NCBI GenBank assembly: GCA_027729635.1
Contig: JAQCEM010000010.1
Location: forward strand, 422-64,421
Direction: 5' to 3'
DNA length: 64,000 bases
DNA from: Actinomycetota bacterium
GTDB taxonomy: Bacteria; Actinomycetota; Acidimicrobiia; Acidimicrobiales; Ilumatobacteraceae
Below, piece after piece: positions 28,020 through 36,243 of this stretch; position 1 is the stretch's first letter, and each line of letters opens with the position of its first letter. The translations under genes were made by a program, and so were the position numbers. The notes under the pieces are model-generated. The model saw only the letters and a program-made list of their open reading frames with translations. It made no database searches and was not told the DNA's origin.

Positions 28020-28033
28020 CGAACACCTGTTCG
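28020..28033. promoter_or_regulatory. LexA (SOS) box upstream of imuA'
   Basis: CGAAC-ACCT-GTTCG matches the actinobacterial/Gram-positive SOS consensus (T)CGAAC-N4-GTTCG(A). It lies 15 nt upstream of the imuA' ATG. Its flanks (TA...CTAG) are identical to those of the box at 32809. Confidence 0.75.
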
Positions 28034-28047
28034 CTAGAGTCGGAGGC

Positions 28048-28824
28048 ATGTCGTCGGTTCGTGTCTCATCTCTCTCACCATCGCTGTCGGGTCCCCTGTC
28101 TGAAATGACGCTGTCTGAAATGACGCTGGCGCGCGAGCGCTTATTGCCTGTTCATCAAACTCTCGCTCCACTTTTTGGGCTGAACGCTGACGACCCCACT
28201 CCATTGGCATTGACTCGTGGGCACACCGTGGCGTGTGTGGGCTCGGCGGCAATGTCGTGTGCTTTGGCGGTTTTGGTAGCCCCGACCCGAGCGGGTTCGT
28301 GGGCCGGTGTTGTGGGTTTGCCGAGTTGTGGAGTGCAAGCCGCTGCTGATTTAGGTGTTGCACTTGAGCGAACGGTTTTTGTTGCCGACCCAACGGGGGG
28401 TTCGCGAACCTCTGGACAACAAGGCGATGCAGCAGCGGCGTTATCGGCTCTGGTTGACGGAGTTGATGTGCTGTTACTCGGGCAACGCGTTGTGAGTTCA
28501 TTATCGACATCGTTATTGCGCCGTTTGCAAACTCGAGTGCAATCGCGCGGCGGTGTTTTGGTTATTGTGAGTGAAGCAAAGTCTTTGGTGAGTTCATTGT
28601 CGGCTGATGTGCGACTTACTGCGACAACTCAACAATGGCAAGGTGTTGATTTGGGTTACGGTCATCTGCAACGACGTCAAGTGTTGTTGCAACTTGATGG
28701 TCGCCGAAGGGCTCGCACAACTGAACAACAGGTGTGGTTGCCCGATCATCAGGGGCAATTGAGTCCGGTTGAAAAAGCAGCAGAAAACACGGGCGTGGTT
28801 ATTCCGTTACGTCACGTTGGTTAA
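28048..28824 (+). CDS. imuA': ImuA'-like SOS mutasome accessory protein (RecA-fold, no Walker A recognised)
   Basis: Sits immediately upstream of imuB behind a LexA box. About 258 aa with the typical block RGHTVACVG...AGSWAGVVGLPSCGVQAAADLGVALERTVFV...DVLLLG. The start is taken at ATG 28048; the tracked GTG at 27904 overlaps the previous gene and the LexA box. Confidence 0.7.
   Translation: MSSVRVSSLSPSLSGPLSEMTLSEMTLARERLLPVHQTLAPLFGLNADDPTPLALTRGHTVACVGSAAMSCALAVLVAPTRAGSWAGVVGLPSCGVQAAADLGVALERTVFVADPTGGSRTSGQQGDAAAALSALVDGVDVLLLGQRVVSSLSTSLLRRLQTRVQSRGGVLVIVSEAKSLVSSLSADVRLTATTQQWQGVDLGYGHLQRRQVLLQLDGRRRARTTEQQVWLPDHQGQLSPVEKAAENTGVVIPLRHVG
28096..28125 (+). repeat. perfect 15-bp tandem duplication inside imuA' (encodes LSEMT-LSEMT)
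   Basis: CTGTCTGAAATGACG occurs twice back to back, in frame, followed by CTG. Confidence 0.9.
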
Positions 28825-28827
28825 TCG

Positions 28828-30504
28828 ATGGCCGCCATTCAGCCACCGCGTTGCGCGGTTCTGCACACTCCAGCGTGGCCAATTGCTGCAGCAATCTTGC
28901 ATGAGCCCGAAACTTTTCACGTCGCGCAACCACTTGCGGTTTTTCACGCACAACGAGTTTTGTCATGTTCACCTTTGGCTTGGCGTGAAGGAGTTCGTCC
29001 CGGGCAGCGACGACGGCAAGCACAAGGTGCATGTCCGCATTTAGTCATCGTCCCGTTTAACGCTGATCGTGATGCGCGTATGTACGAACCGCTCGTGCAA
29101 TCGATAGGAACTCTGGTTCCACTGATTGATGTTGAAAATCCAGGGTCATTGTTGTTGGCCACACGCGGGCCATCGCGTTACGTCGGCGGCGACGATGCTT
29201 TGGCAGTGCGCCTACTTACATTGGCGAGCGAAGGTTTGTCTCATGCCAACCAGGGTCTGAATGTTGATGAGGTCATCGCAGCAGGCGGAGGTTTGGGCGT
29301 TGGTATTGCCGATGGTCGTATCGCTGCAACATTGGTCGCGCGTTCATCATCACGTCGAGGTGAACCAGTAGTTATTCAGCCTGGACACGAAGCAACTGCA
29401 ACATTCTTGGCGCCGTATGCGGTGAAAGTTTTAACTGCAGTTGCCGGATGTTCGCCAGACTTAGTTGATCTTTTGGAACGACTTGGTTTGCGACAACTTG
29501 GTGATATCGCACGCTTGTCGGTGACCGATTTAGTCGGACGATTTGGTGCGATTGGTGAAACTCTCCATCGCTTGGCAAGTGGCACTGATGACACCCCGCC
29601 GTCAACGATTCCGCCGCCACCTGATCTAACAATGTCTCGAGTCTTTGATGATCCGTTGTTGCAACTTGACATGTTGGTCTTTGCGGCCAAAGCACTCACC
29701 GATGAATTAGGTGCCTACTTCCACGAACGTGGACAAGTGTGTACGCGCGTGCAAGTTGAAGCCGAGAGTGAACACGGTGAAAGTTCGCAACGCGTGTGGT
29801 ATCGGGCCGAAGGAATGCGTTCGGCCACATTGCTTGATCGCGTGCGTTGGCAACTTGATGGTTGGATCAACGGCACCGAACCACCAACCGCTGGTGTCAC
29901 TTTGTTGCGGGTCACCCCGATTGATATTCGTTCTGATGCGGGCACACAAGTTGGTTTTTGGGGTGGTCGATCAGAAGCCGATGACAATGCAACACGGGCG
30001 ATTACGCGGGTCATTGGTTTGCTAGGACCACAGAGCGTCACAGTTGCGTCGTGGCGGGGTGGACGCGACCCGCGTGAGGTGTACGAGATGGTGTGTTTCG
30101 CTGATATTGGCAGTGCCGATTCTGGAGGTGTCGGGCAGCAACTTGTTTTGCGCCCTGATGATGATGCTGACGCCGCAGAATGGCCTGGTTCGTTACCTGC
30201 ACCTGCACCAGCAGTTGTGCATCACGACCCATTACTTGTTGAAGTAACCGATGTCCATGGTCGGGTGGTGGCTGTGAATGGACGCGGACTGGTGAGTGCT
30301 ACGCCAACAACTTTGTTGCAACATGGTCAGTCGTATCGCATTGTGGCGTGGGCCGGGCCGTGGCCAGTCGATGAGCGTTGGTGGGATCAACGCGCTCGTC
30401 GGGCTGCCCGATTCCAGTTGGTCATCGAACAGCCCGACGGGCAGTGTGCGTATCTTGCTGAAGTAGCGGCCGGTCAATGGTGGCTGACCGCCGAGTATGC
30501 CTAA
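28828..30504 (+). CDS. imuB: ImuB, Y-family-polymerase-like mutasome subunit
   Basis: 558 aa in the position between imuA' and dnaE2. The N-terminal Y-family-like region (RCAVLHTPAWPIAAA...LAVFHAQRVLSCS, PLIDVENPGSLLL) lacks obvious catalytic acidic triads, as expected for ImuB. Confidence 0.8.
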   Translation: MAAIQPPRCAVLHTPAWPIAAAILHEPETFHVAQPLAVFHAQRVLSCSPLAWREGVRPGQRRRQAQGACPHLVIVPFNADRDARMYEPLVQSIGTLVPLIDVENPGSLLLATRGPSRYVGGDDALAVRLLTLASEGLSHANQGLNVDEVIAAGGGLGVGIADGRIAATLVARSSSRRGEPVVIQPGHEATATFLAPYAVKVLTAVAGCSPDLVDLLERLGLRQLGDIARLSVTDLVGRFGAIGETLHRLASGTDDTPPSTIPPPPDLTMSRVFDDPLLQLDMLVFAAKALTDELGAYFHERGQVCTRVQVEAESEHGESSQRVWYRAEGMRSATLLDRVRWQLDGWINGTEPPTAGVTLLRVTPIDIRSDAGTQVGFWGGRSEADDNATRAITRVIGLLGPQSVTVASWRGGRDPREVYEMVCFADIGSADSGGVGQQLVLRPDDDADAAEWPGSLPAPAPAVVHHDPLLVEVTDVHGRVVAVNGRGLVSATPTTLLQHGQSYRIVAWAGPWPVDERWWDQRARRAARFQLVIEQPDGQCAYLAEVAAGQWWLTAEYA

Positions 30505-31368
30505 TCAGGAATTGCTTGAGGCAGTTTGAGATTCGAGTGAACGTGACGACGCAAGATCATGCTTCGCTAGTTGCAAAAGGTCATCAGCGAGACGGAAACC
30601 GATGCCACGTACCGTGTGCAAGAAACGTAACTCTGGTGCTCGCTCGGTCAATTTGCGACGCAAGTTTGATAAGTGAACGTCAACAACATGAGTGTCGCCG
30701 ACCCAGTGCGGGCCCCAAACACTTTCGAGCAATTCAACACGGCTGCACACTTCAAGTGGGCGCAAACACAATTGTGAGAACAGATCGAACTCAAGGCGAG
30801 TTGCGGCGATGGGGTAGCGGTTGACGCGAATTTCGCGCCGGCCAAGGTCAATATCAAGCGGACCGAAATACAGATTCTTGGGTTGACCATCACTGACAAT
30901 TGCGTGAGCAAACTGACGTGAGCGACGCATCAATGCTTGGCACCGTACGGCAACTTCATCGGGGGAAACTTCGATGGGTAAAGCGTGGTCGGCGCCATTA
31001 CGCAGCACGGTGATGCGTTGGTCATCAGAGTTGGCGCCAACAACGATGATGTAGATCTCGGGGCAACGGCGTACCTGAGTCATGAGATTGTTGGGAAGCG
31101 GGTAAGCATCGCGAGCGTCAACCACGATCAGGTCGGGGGCAAATGAGCGAAGCATGACTTCGGCGGCCGTGTGATCGTTGGTTGAGCGCACGACATAGCC
31201 AATGCGCTGCAGGGCGGCTTCGACCGAACGACGGTCTGAGTTGTGGATCAAAGTCACCAAAGCTCGAGGGGTTGATTCGCCCTCGGGGTGTTGTTCAACA
31301 CCGCCGGCCACGGTAGGACGGAGTCGTGATTCGGTTGATCCGGGGAAGTGGGTCTCTATAAGTGTCAT
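30505..31368 (-). CDS. OmpR/PhoB-type winged-helix response regulator with a degenerate (atypical) receiver domain; no kinase nearby
   Basis: The receiver has the acceptor Asp context DLIVVDARD. It lacks the N-terminal acidic pair (LVTLIHNSD instead of ..DD.), and the conserved Lys of the K-P motif reads GADHALPIEVSPDE. C-terminal Trans_reg_C: FGPLDIDLGRREIRVN...LEFDLFSQL...VVDVHLSNLRRKL...TVRGIGFRL. Confidence 0.8.
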   Translation of the reverse strand: MTLIETHFPGSTESRLRPTVAGGVEQHPEGESTPRALVTLIHNSDRRSVEAALQRIGYVVRSTNDHTAAEVMLRSFAPDLIVVDARDAYPLPNNLMTQVRRCPEIYIIVVGANSDDQRITVLRNGADHALPIEVSPDEVAVRCQALMRRSRQFAHAIVSDGQPKNLYFGPLDIDLGRREIRVNRYPIAATRLEFDLFSQLCLRPLEVCSRVELLESVWGPHWVGDTHVVDVHLSNLRRKLTERAPELRFLHTVRGIGFRLADDLLQLAKHDLASSRSLESQTASSNS

Positions 31369-31573
31369 GACAGTTATCGCCTTTATCGGTAGGGAGTGCT
31401 CGGAATTTGAGCACTATTTGTTGTCATGGGTAGTGAGTATTTAGAAGACGACACGTTGCACTTTTCTTGAAGGTTTGTTTGTCATGGCCCAAACTTTCTG
31501 ATGAGGGTCAGATAATTCGGAGATTCGTCGGTCATTCGGGTTCGTTGACCAGTCGTTTGATGGTTGACTAGAG

Positions 31574-32779
31574 GTGCTTTCAACGCTCGGAATCACCATG
31601 AACACTTCACCGAATCACGAACCATCAGAACTTCAGCCAGAGACTTTGGCGATTAGTGCGGGTCGCCCCGACGGTCAGATCTCGATGGCTCCCGTCATGT
31701 TTGCGTCGACGACTTACGAGATGAGTTCGCTCGAAGAGGGTCGCAAGATGGCGCACTCAACTAAAGCGGGAAAGTTCTATGGCCGTCATGGCAACCCCAC
31801 GGTGCAGGCGTTTGAAAGTGCAGTCGCCGAACTTGAAGGTGCTGAAGCGGCGCGGGCCTATGCGTCAGGTATGGGCGCAATCGCTGGTGTCATTCTTGGT
31901 TTGTGTTCAAAGGGTGATCACATCGTTGCGCAGAAGCAGTTGTATGGCGGCACGATGCAGTTGCTCGCCGGCGTGTGTCCGCGATTCGGCATTGATGTCA
32001 CATTTGTTGACGGCACGAAGCTCGGTGCATTTGCTGAAGCGGTGATTCCTGGTCGCACGATGATGGTGTTTGCTGAAACGCCAGCGAATCCGTTGCTTGA
32101 CATCGTTGATCTTGATGACTTGGGTTCAATCAAAGGCCCAATAACTGTTGTGGATTCGACGTTGTCAACACCACTTGGTTCGCGTCCACTTGACCACGGT
32201 GTCAATTTGGTTTTGCACTCAGCAACTAAGGCGATGGCGGGTCATAACGATGCAACTCTTGGTGTTGTTGCGGGTGAATGTGATCTCATTGATGCGTTGT
32301 GGGGCTTTGCGGTTTTGCAAGGTGCATGTGCTTCGCCGTTTGATGCATTGAATGGTTTGCGTGGTTTGCGCACACTTGGTCCACGCTTGCGTCAACAAGG
32401 TGCGAACGCTGCTGCGATTGGCAGCGCCCTTGAAGCGCACCCAGCCGTTATTTCAGTACGTCATCCAGGACTTGAATCTCATCCGCAGTTTGCATTGGCA
32501 TCGCGTCAGTACCGCATGCATGGCGGCGTGTTGTCATTTGAATTGTCAGGTGGCCTTGAAGCCGGTGCCAAGTTCGTGCGATCGGTGAAGTTGTGTCATG
32601 CCGCAACATCAATGGGTGGTCCCGAGACTCTGGTGACGCATCCGGCTTCAACAACTCATGCCGGAATGACTCTAGAAGAACTTGCCGACAGCGGGATTAC
32701 TCCGGGAACAGTGCGGATGAGTTGTGGTCTTGAGCATCCCGATGATCTGATCGCCGACGTTCTGCAGGCGCTCGCCTAA
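31574..32779 (+). CDS. Cys/Met-metabolism PLP-dependent enzyme (cystathionine gamma-synthase/lyase or methionine gamma-lyase family)
   Basis: YGRHGNPTV, ASGMGAI, VVDSTLSTP, and the PLP-lysine block HSATKAMAGHND. C-terminal GLEHPDDLIADV. The start could be GTG 31574 or ATG 31598. Confidence 0.85.
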   Translation: MLSTLGITMNTSPNHEPSELQPETLAISAGRPDGQISMAPVMFASTTYEMSSLEEGRKMAHSTKAGKFYGRHGNPTVQAFESAVAELEGAEAARAYASGMGAIAGVILGLCSKGDHIVAQKQLYGGTMQLLAGVCPRFGIDVTFVDGTKLGAFAEAVIPGRTMMVFAETPANPLLDIVDLDDLGSIKGPITVVDSTLSTPLGSRPLDHGVNLVLHSATKAMAGHNDATLGVVAGECDLIDALWGFAVLQGACASPFDALNGLRGLRTLGPRLRQQGANAAAIGSALEAHPAVISVRHPGLESHPQFALASRQYRMHGGVLSFELSGGLEAGAKFVRSVKLCHAATSMGGPETLVTHPASTTHAGMTLEELADSGITPGTVRMSCGLEHPDDLIADVLQALA

Positions 32780-32808
32780 ACACCCGCTCAAACATTGCTC
32801 TTGGCATA

Positions 32809-32822
32809 CGAACATATGTTCG
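32809..32822. promoter_or_regulatory. LexA (SOS) box upstream of dnaE2
   Basis: CGAAC-ATAT-GTTCG lies 14 nt upstream of the tracked dnaE2 start. The extended site TACGAACATATGTTCGCTAG matches the box at 28020 (TACGAACACCTGTTCGCTAG) outside the 4-nt spacer. Confidence 0.75.
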
Positions 32823-32835
32823 CTAGCCTGTCGAC

Positions 32836-35800
32836 ATGGGGTCGACATGGGGAATGCAGGGACCAACCACCTGGTCTGAACTGGAAGCTCGCTTATCGGG
32901 CCGAAAACCCCAGTCGTCATCGCAATCTTCGTCGGCCCATTCTTCGCCGTCGGTCGTTCGGCTGGCCCGCGACCCGCTAGTTACGCCCGAACCTGATCGC
33001 ACGCCCACTGGTGGCACACCTCGGCCTGTTGTGCCGTATGCCGAACTGCACTGTCACTCAAACTTTTCGTTTCTCGATGGGGCGTCGCATCCAGAAGAGT
33101 TAGCCGAAGAGGCTCATCGTTTGGGTCTAACTGCGCTGGCAGTCACCGATCACAACGGTCTGTACGGCGTGGTGCGTTTTGCAGAGGCGGCGCGCGTGGT
33201 GGGCTTACCAACAGTGTTCGGCAGTGAAATTACTGTTCAGGCATCTGCTGGTCCGCAACACCTCGTTGTGTTGGCTGATGGCACTGCGGGATACGCGCGT
33301 CTGGCGCGAGCATTGAGCCTGGCGCAGTTGGCCGGCAGCAAAGGCGATCCGCGTTGCACGATGCCCGATCTTGCTGACGTAGGAGCGGGACATTGGTGGG
33401 TGATGACGGGTTGCCGACAAGGTGCAGTGCCTTCGGCGTTGGTTGATCATGGTCCGAGTGCGGCATTGCGTGAACTGCAAAAACTGATTACTGCGTTTGG
33501 TCGAGATCGTGTGTTAATTGAACTTTGGGATCACGGCGATCCACTTGATACGGCGCGCAATGATGCAATGGCTGAATTGGCGGCGCGCGCTGATGTGCAG
33601 TGTATTGCCACGAACAATGTTCATTACGCAACACCATCGGCGCGACGATTAGCGACGGCAATCGCTGCGGTGAATCAGCGGTGCAGTCTTGATGAGATTG
33701 ATCACTGTTTGCCGGCAGCGGCCACAGCGCATTTGCGAAGTGGTGCTGAACAATCACGACGATTCGCGCGTTATCCGGGGGTTGTTGATTTGGCGGCCGA
33801 GATTGGTCGTGCTGCAGCATTCGATTTATCGCTCGTGGCCCCAAAGTTGCCGCCGTATCCGTGCCCTGATGGTTTGACCGAAATGCAATTTTTGCGACGA
33901 CTCACTGAAGAGGGTGCACGACGTCGGTATGGAGAGCGCCCACAAAGTGGGGAAGACCTGAGTATTCGCGCGCGAGCGTGGAAAACAATTGATCATGAAC
34001 TTGAAGTTGTTGAACTGCTGGGGTTTGCGGGCTATTTCTTGGTGGTGTGGGACATCGTGCAGTTCTGCAATGACTCCGATATTTTTTGTCAGGGTCGCGG
34101 AAGTGCGGCTAATAGTGCGGTGTGTTATTCGCTGGGAATCACCAAAGCCGATGCGGTGTCGTTGGGATTGTTGTTTGAACGTTTCTTATCGCCCGATCGT
34201 GATGGTCCACCTGATATTGATCTTGATATTGAGAGCGGCCGTCGTGAAGAGGTCATTCAATATGTTTTCAATCGCTATGGACGTCACCACACTGCGCAAG
34301 TAGCCAACGTGATTACCTATCGCGCGCGTTCGGCGGTACGCGATATGGCGCGGGCTCTTGGGTATGCGCCGGGCCAACAAGATGCGTGGTCAAAGCAAAT
34401 GGATATGTGGCGCAATGTGGCCGCAAACTCTCCGGATAAAACTCCAGAGGGTCGTGTTGATCAAGCCATTCCACCGTTGGTTCTAGAACTTGCTGCCGAA
34501 ATTGAAGATGCGCCGCGTCATCTTGGTATTCACTCGGGTGGAATGGTGATTTGTGATCGCCCAGTGATTGAAGTGTGTCCCGTTGAATGGGGGCGTATGA
34601 AAGACCGCAGTGTTTTGCAATGGGATAAAGACGATTGCGCGGCGGCTGGATTGGTGAAGTTTGACTTGCTGGGTCTCGGAATGTTGTCGGCTTTACACGG
34701 TGCAGTTGATCTAGTGAAGCGCCATAAAGGTGTTGCGATTGATTTGGCTGCGTTGCCGCAAGATGATGATGTGTACGCAATGTTGTGTCGAGCCGACACG
34801 GTTGGTGTTTTTCAAATTGAATCACGTGCGCAAATGGCAACATTGCCACGGCTTAAGCCTCGGCGTTTCTATGACTTGGTTGTTGAGGTTGCACTCATTC
34901 GTCCGGGACCGATTCAGGGTGGTTCGGTGCATCCGTATATTCGCCGACGTAATGGTCAAGAGCCCATTACGTATTTGCATCCATTGCTCGAAAATAGCTT
35001 GGGAAAAACCTTGGGTATTCCGTTGTTTCAAGAACAACTGATGCAGATGGCAATTGATGTTGCTGGGTTCTCGGCTTCTGAAGCTGATCAGTTGCGACAA
35101 GCGATGGGTTCGAAGCGCAGTCAGAAACGTATGCAGTTATTGCGACAGCGTTTATATGAGGGCATGGCCGAACGCGGAATTGTCGGTGATATCGCTGATG
35201 AGATTTTCGACAAGATGGCGGCCTTCGCCAATTACGGATTTCCTGAAAGCCACTCGGTGTCGTTTGCCTACTTGGTGTATTCGTCATCGTGGCTCAAGTT
35301 GTACGAGCCTGCAGCTTTTTACGCGGGGCTTTTGAATGCGCAGCCCATGGGCTTTTGGAGTCCGCATTCGTTGGCGCAAGATGCGCGCCGACATGGCGTG
35401 GTGGTGCGCACGCCCGATCTGTTGGCATCTGGTGCGCAGGCAACTCTTGAAGAGTGCGCAGAAAGCCACGGTGGTTTTGCAGTGCGTTTAGGGCTGAGTT
35501 CAATTCGTGGAATTGGTGCGGGGCTTGCGGAGCAGATTGAAGATGAGCGGGAGTTACACGGTGATTATGTTGATGCCGAAGATCTGGTGCGACGGGTTGA
35601 TGAGTTAACGCTTTCGCAACTTGAGGCCATGGCAACAGGTGGAATTTTCACCGAGTGTTTTGGTCTTGAACGTCGGGAGGCATTGTGGGCAGTTGGTGCG
35701 GCTGCACAGTCGCGCCGCGATCGATTGCCAGGGTTGGCGACAGGAACACAGGCTCCGATGTTGCCGGGTATGGAACCACTTGAAGTTGCGGTTGCGGATT

Positions 35801-36180
35801 TGTGGGCCACGGGTGTGTCGCCCAATGGACACCCAACATCATTTTTGCGTGAACAACTTGATGCATATGGCGTGGTGCCTGCTGATCAATTATTGACGAC
35901 TGAACAAACCAAAGTATGGGTTGCGGGAACAGTGACTCATCGCCAACGACCGGCAACTGCTCAGGGAACAACGTTCATCAGTCTTGAAGATGAAACAGGT
36001 TTGATGAATGTGGTGGTGTCGGTGGGCTGCTGGAAACGGTTTCGGCCAGTGGCTCGCGGTGCGGGAGCGTTGTTAGTGCGAGGTCGTCTGCAGCGTTATG
36101 AAGGAGTGGTGAATATCGTCGCTGAACACATTGCGCCACTTTCGGTTGCAGCTCAAGTCACTGCCCGAAACTTCAGATAA
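32836..36180 (+). CDS. dnaE2: error-prone DNA polymerase III alpha-like subunit DnaE2
   Basis: 1114 aa. PHP domain YAELHCHSNFSFLDGAS and VTDHNGLYG. Polymerase core GRGSAANS, DIDLDIE, FDLLGLGML. It has a LexA box and sits in mutasome context. Confidence 0.92.
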   Translation: MGSTWGMQGPTTWSELEARLSGRKPQSSSQSSSAHSSPSVVRLARDPLVTPEPDRTPTGGTPRPVVPYAELHCHSNFSFLDGASHPEELAEEAHRLGLTALAVTDHNGLYGVVRFAEAARVVGLPTVFGSEITVQASAGPQHLVVLADGTAGYARLARALSLAQLAGSKGDPRCTMPDLADVGAGHWWVMTGCRQGAVPSALVDHGPSAALRELQKLITAFGRDRVLIELWDHGDPLDTARNDAMAELAARADVQCIATNNVHYATPSARRLATAIAAVNQRCSLDEIDHCLPAAATAHLRSGAEQSRRFARYPGVVDLAAEIGRAAAFDLSLVAPKLPPYPCPDGLTEMQFLRRLTEEGARRRYGERPQSGEDLSIRARAWKTIDHELEVVELLGFAGYFLVVWDIVQFCNDSDIFCQGRGSAANSAVCYSLGITKADAVSLGLLFERFLSPDRDGPPDIDLDIESGRREEVIQYVFNRYGRHHTAQVANVITYRARSAVRDMARALGYAPGQQDAWSKQMDMWRNVAANSPDKTPEGRVDQAIPPLVLELAAEIEDAPRHLGIHSGGMVICDRPVIEVCPVEWGRMKDRSVLQWDKDDCAAAGLVKFDLLGLGMLSALHGAVDLVKRHKGVAIDLAALPQDDDVYAMLCRADTVGVFQIESRAQMATLPRLKPRRFYDLVVEVALIRPGPIQGGSVHPYIRRRNGQEPITYLHPLLENSLGKTLGIPLFQEQLMQMAIDVAGFSASEADQLRQAMGSKRSQKRMQLLRQRLYEGMAERGIVGDIADEIFDKMAAFANYGFPESHSVSFAYLVYSSSWLKLYEPAAFYAGLLNAQPMGFWSPHSLAQDARRHGVVVRTPDLLASGAQATLEECAESHGGFAVRLGLSSIRGIGAGLAEQIEDERELHGDYVDAEDLVRRVDELTLSQLEAMATGGIFTECFGLERREALWAVGAAAQSRRDRLPGLATGTQAPMLPGMEPLEVAVADLWATGVSPNGHPTSFLREQLDAYGVVPADQLLTTEQTKVWVAGTVTHRQRPATAQGTTFISLEDETGLMNVVVSVGCWKRFRPVARGAGALLVRGRLQRYEGVVNIVAEHIAPLSVAAQVTARNFR

Positions 36181-36188
36181 CCCTGTGC

Positions 36189-36235
36189 TTCTGGTGTCAT
36201 TTAATTTGGTATATCCAACTAAAACGACACCAGAA
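36189..36235. terminator. bidirectional hairpin between convergent dnaE2 and the LysE-family gene; second copy of the hairpin family seen at 9035..9077
   Basis: TTCTGGTGTC...GACACCAGAA forms a 10-bp perfect stem plus a partial AT extension. The right arm TAAAACGACACCAGAA is identical to the right arm of the 9035..9077 hairpin. Confidence 0.5.
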
Positions 36236-36243
36236 TCACAAAG

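Noticed and set aside
27904-28047. Upstream extension of the imuA' ORF to the GTG at 27904
   Set aside because: It overlaps the last 110 nt of the HTH-B12 gene in another frame and would place the LexA box inside the coding sequence. The ATG at 28048 directly follows the box.
31369-31573. SAM or methionine riboswitch upstream of the Cys/Met PLP enzyme
   Set aside because: I compared the spacer by eye with the SAM-I and SAM-IV cores and found no convincing match. Only a generic hairpin is reported, at low interest.
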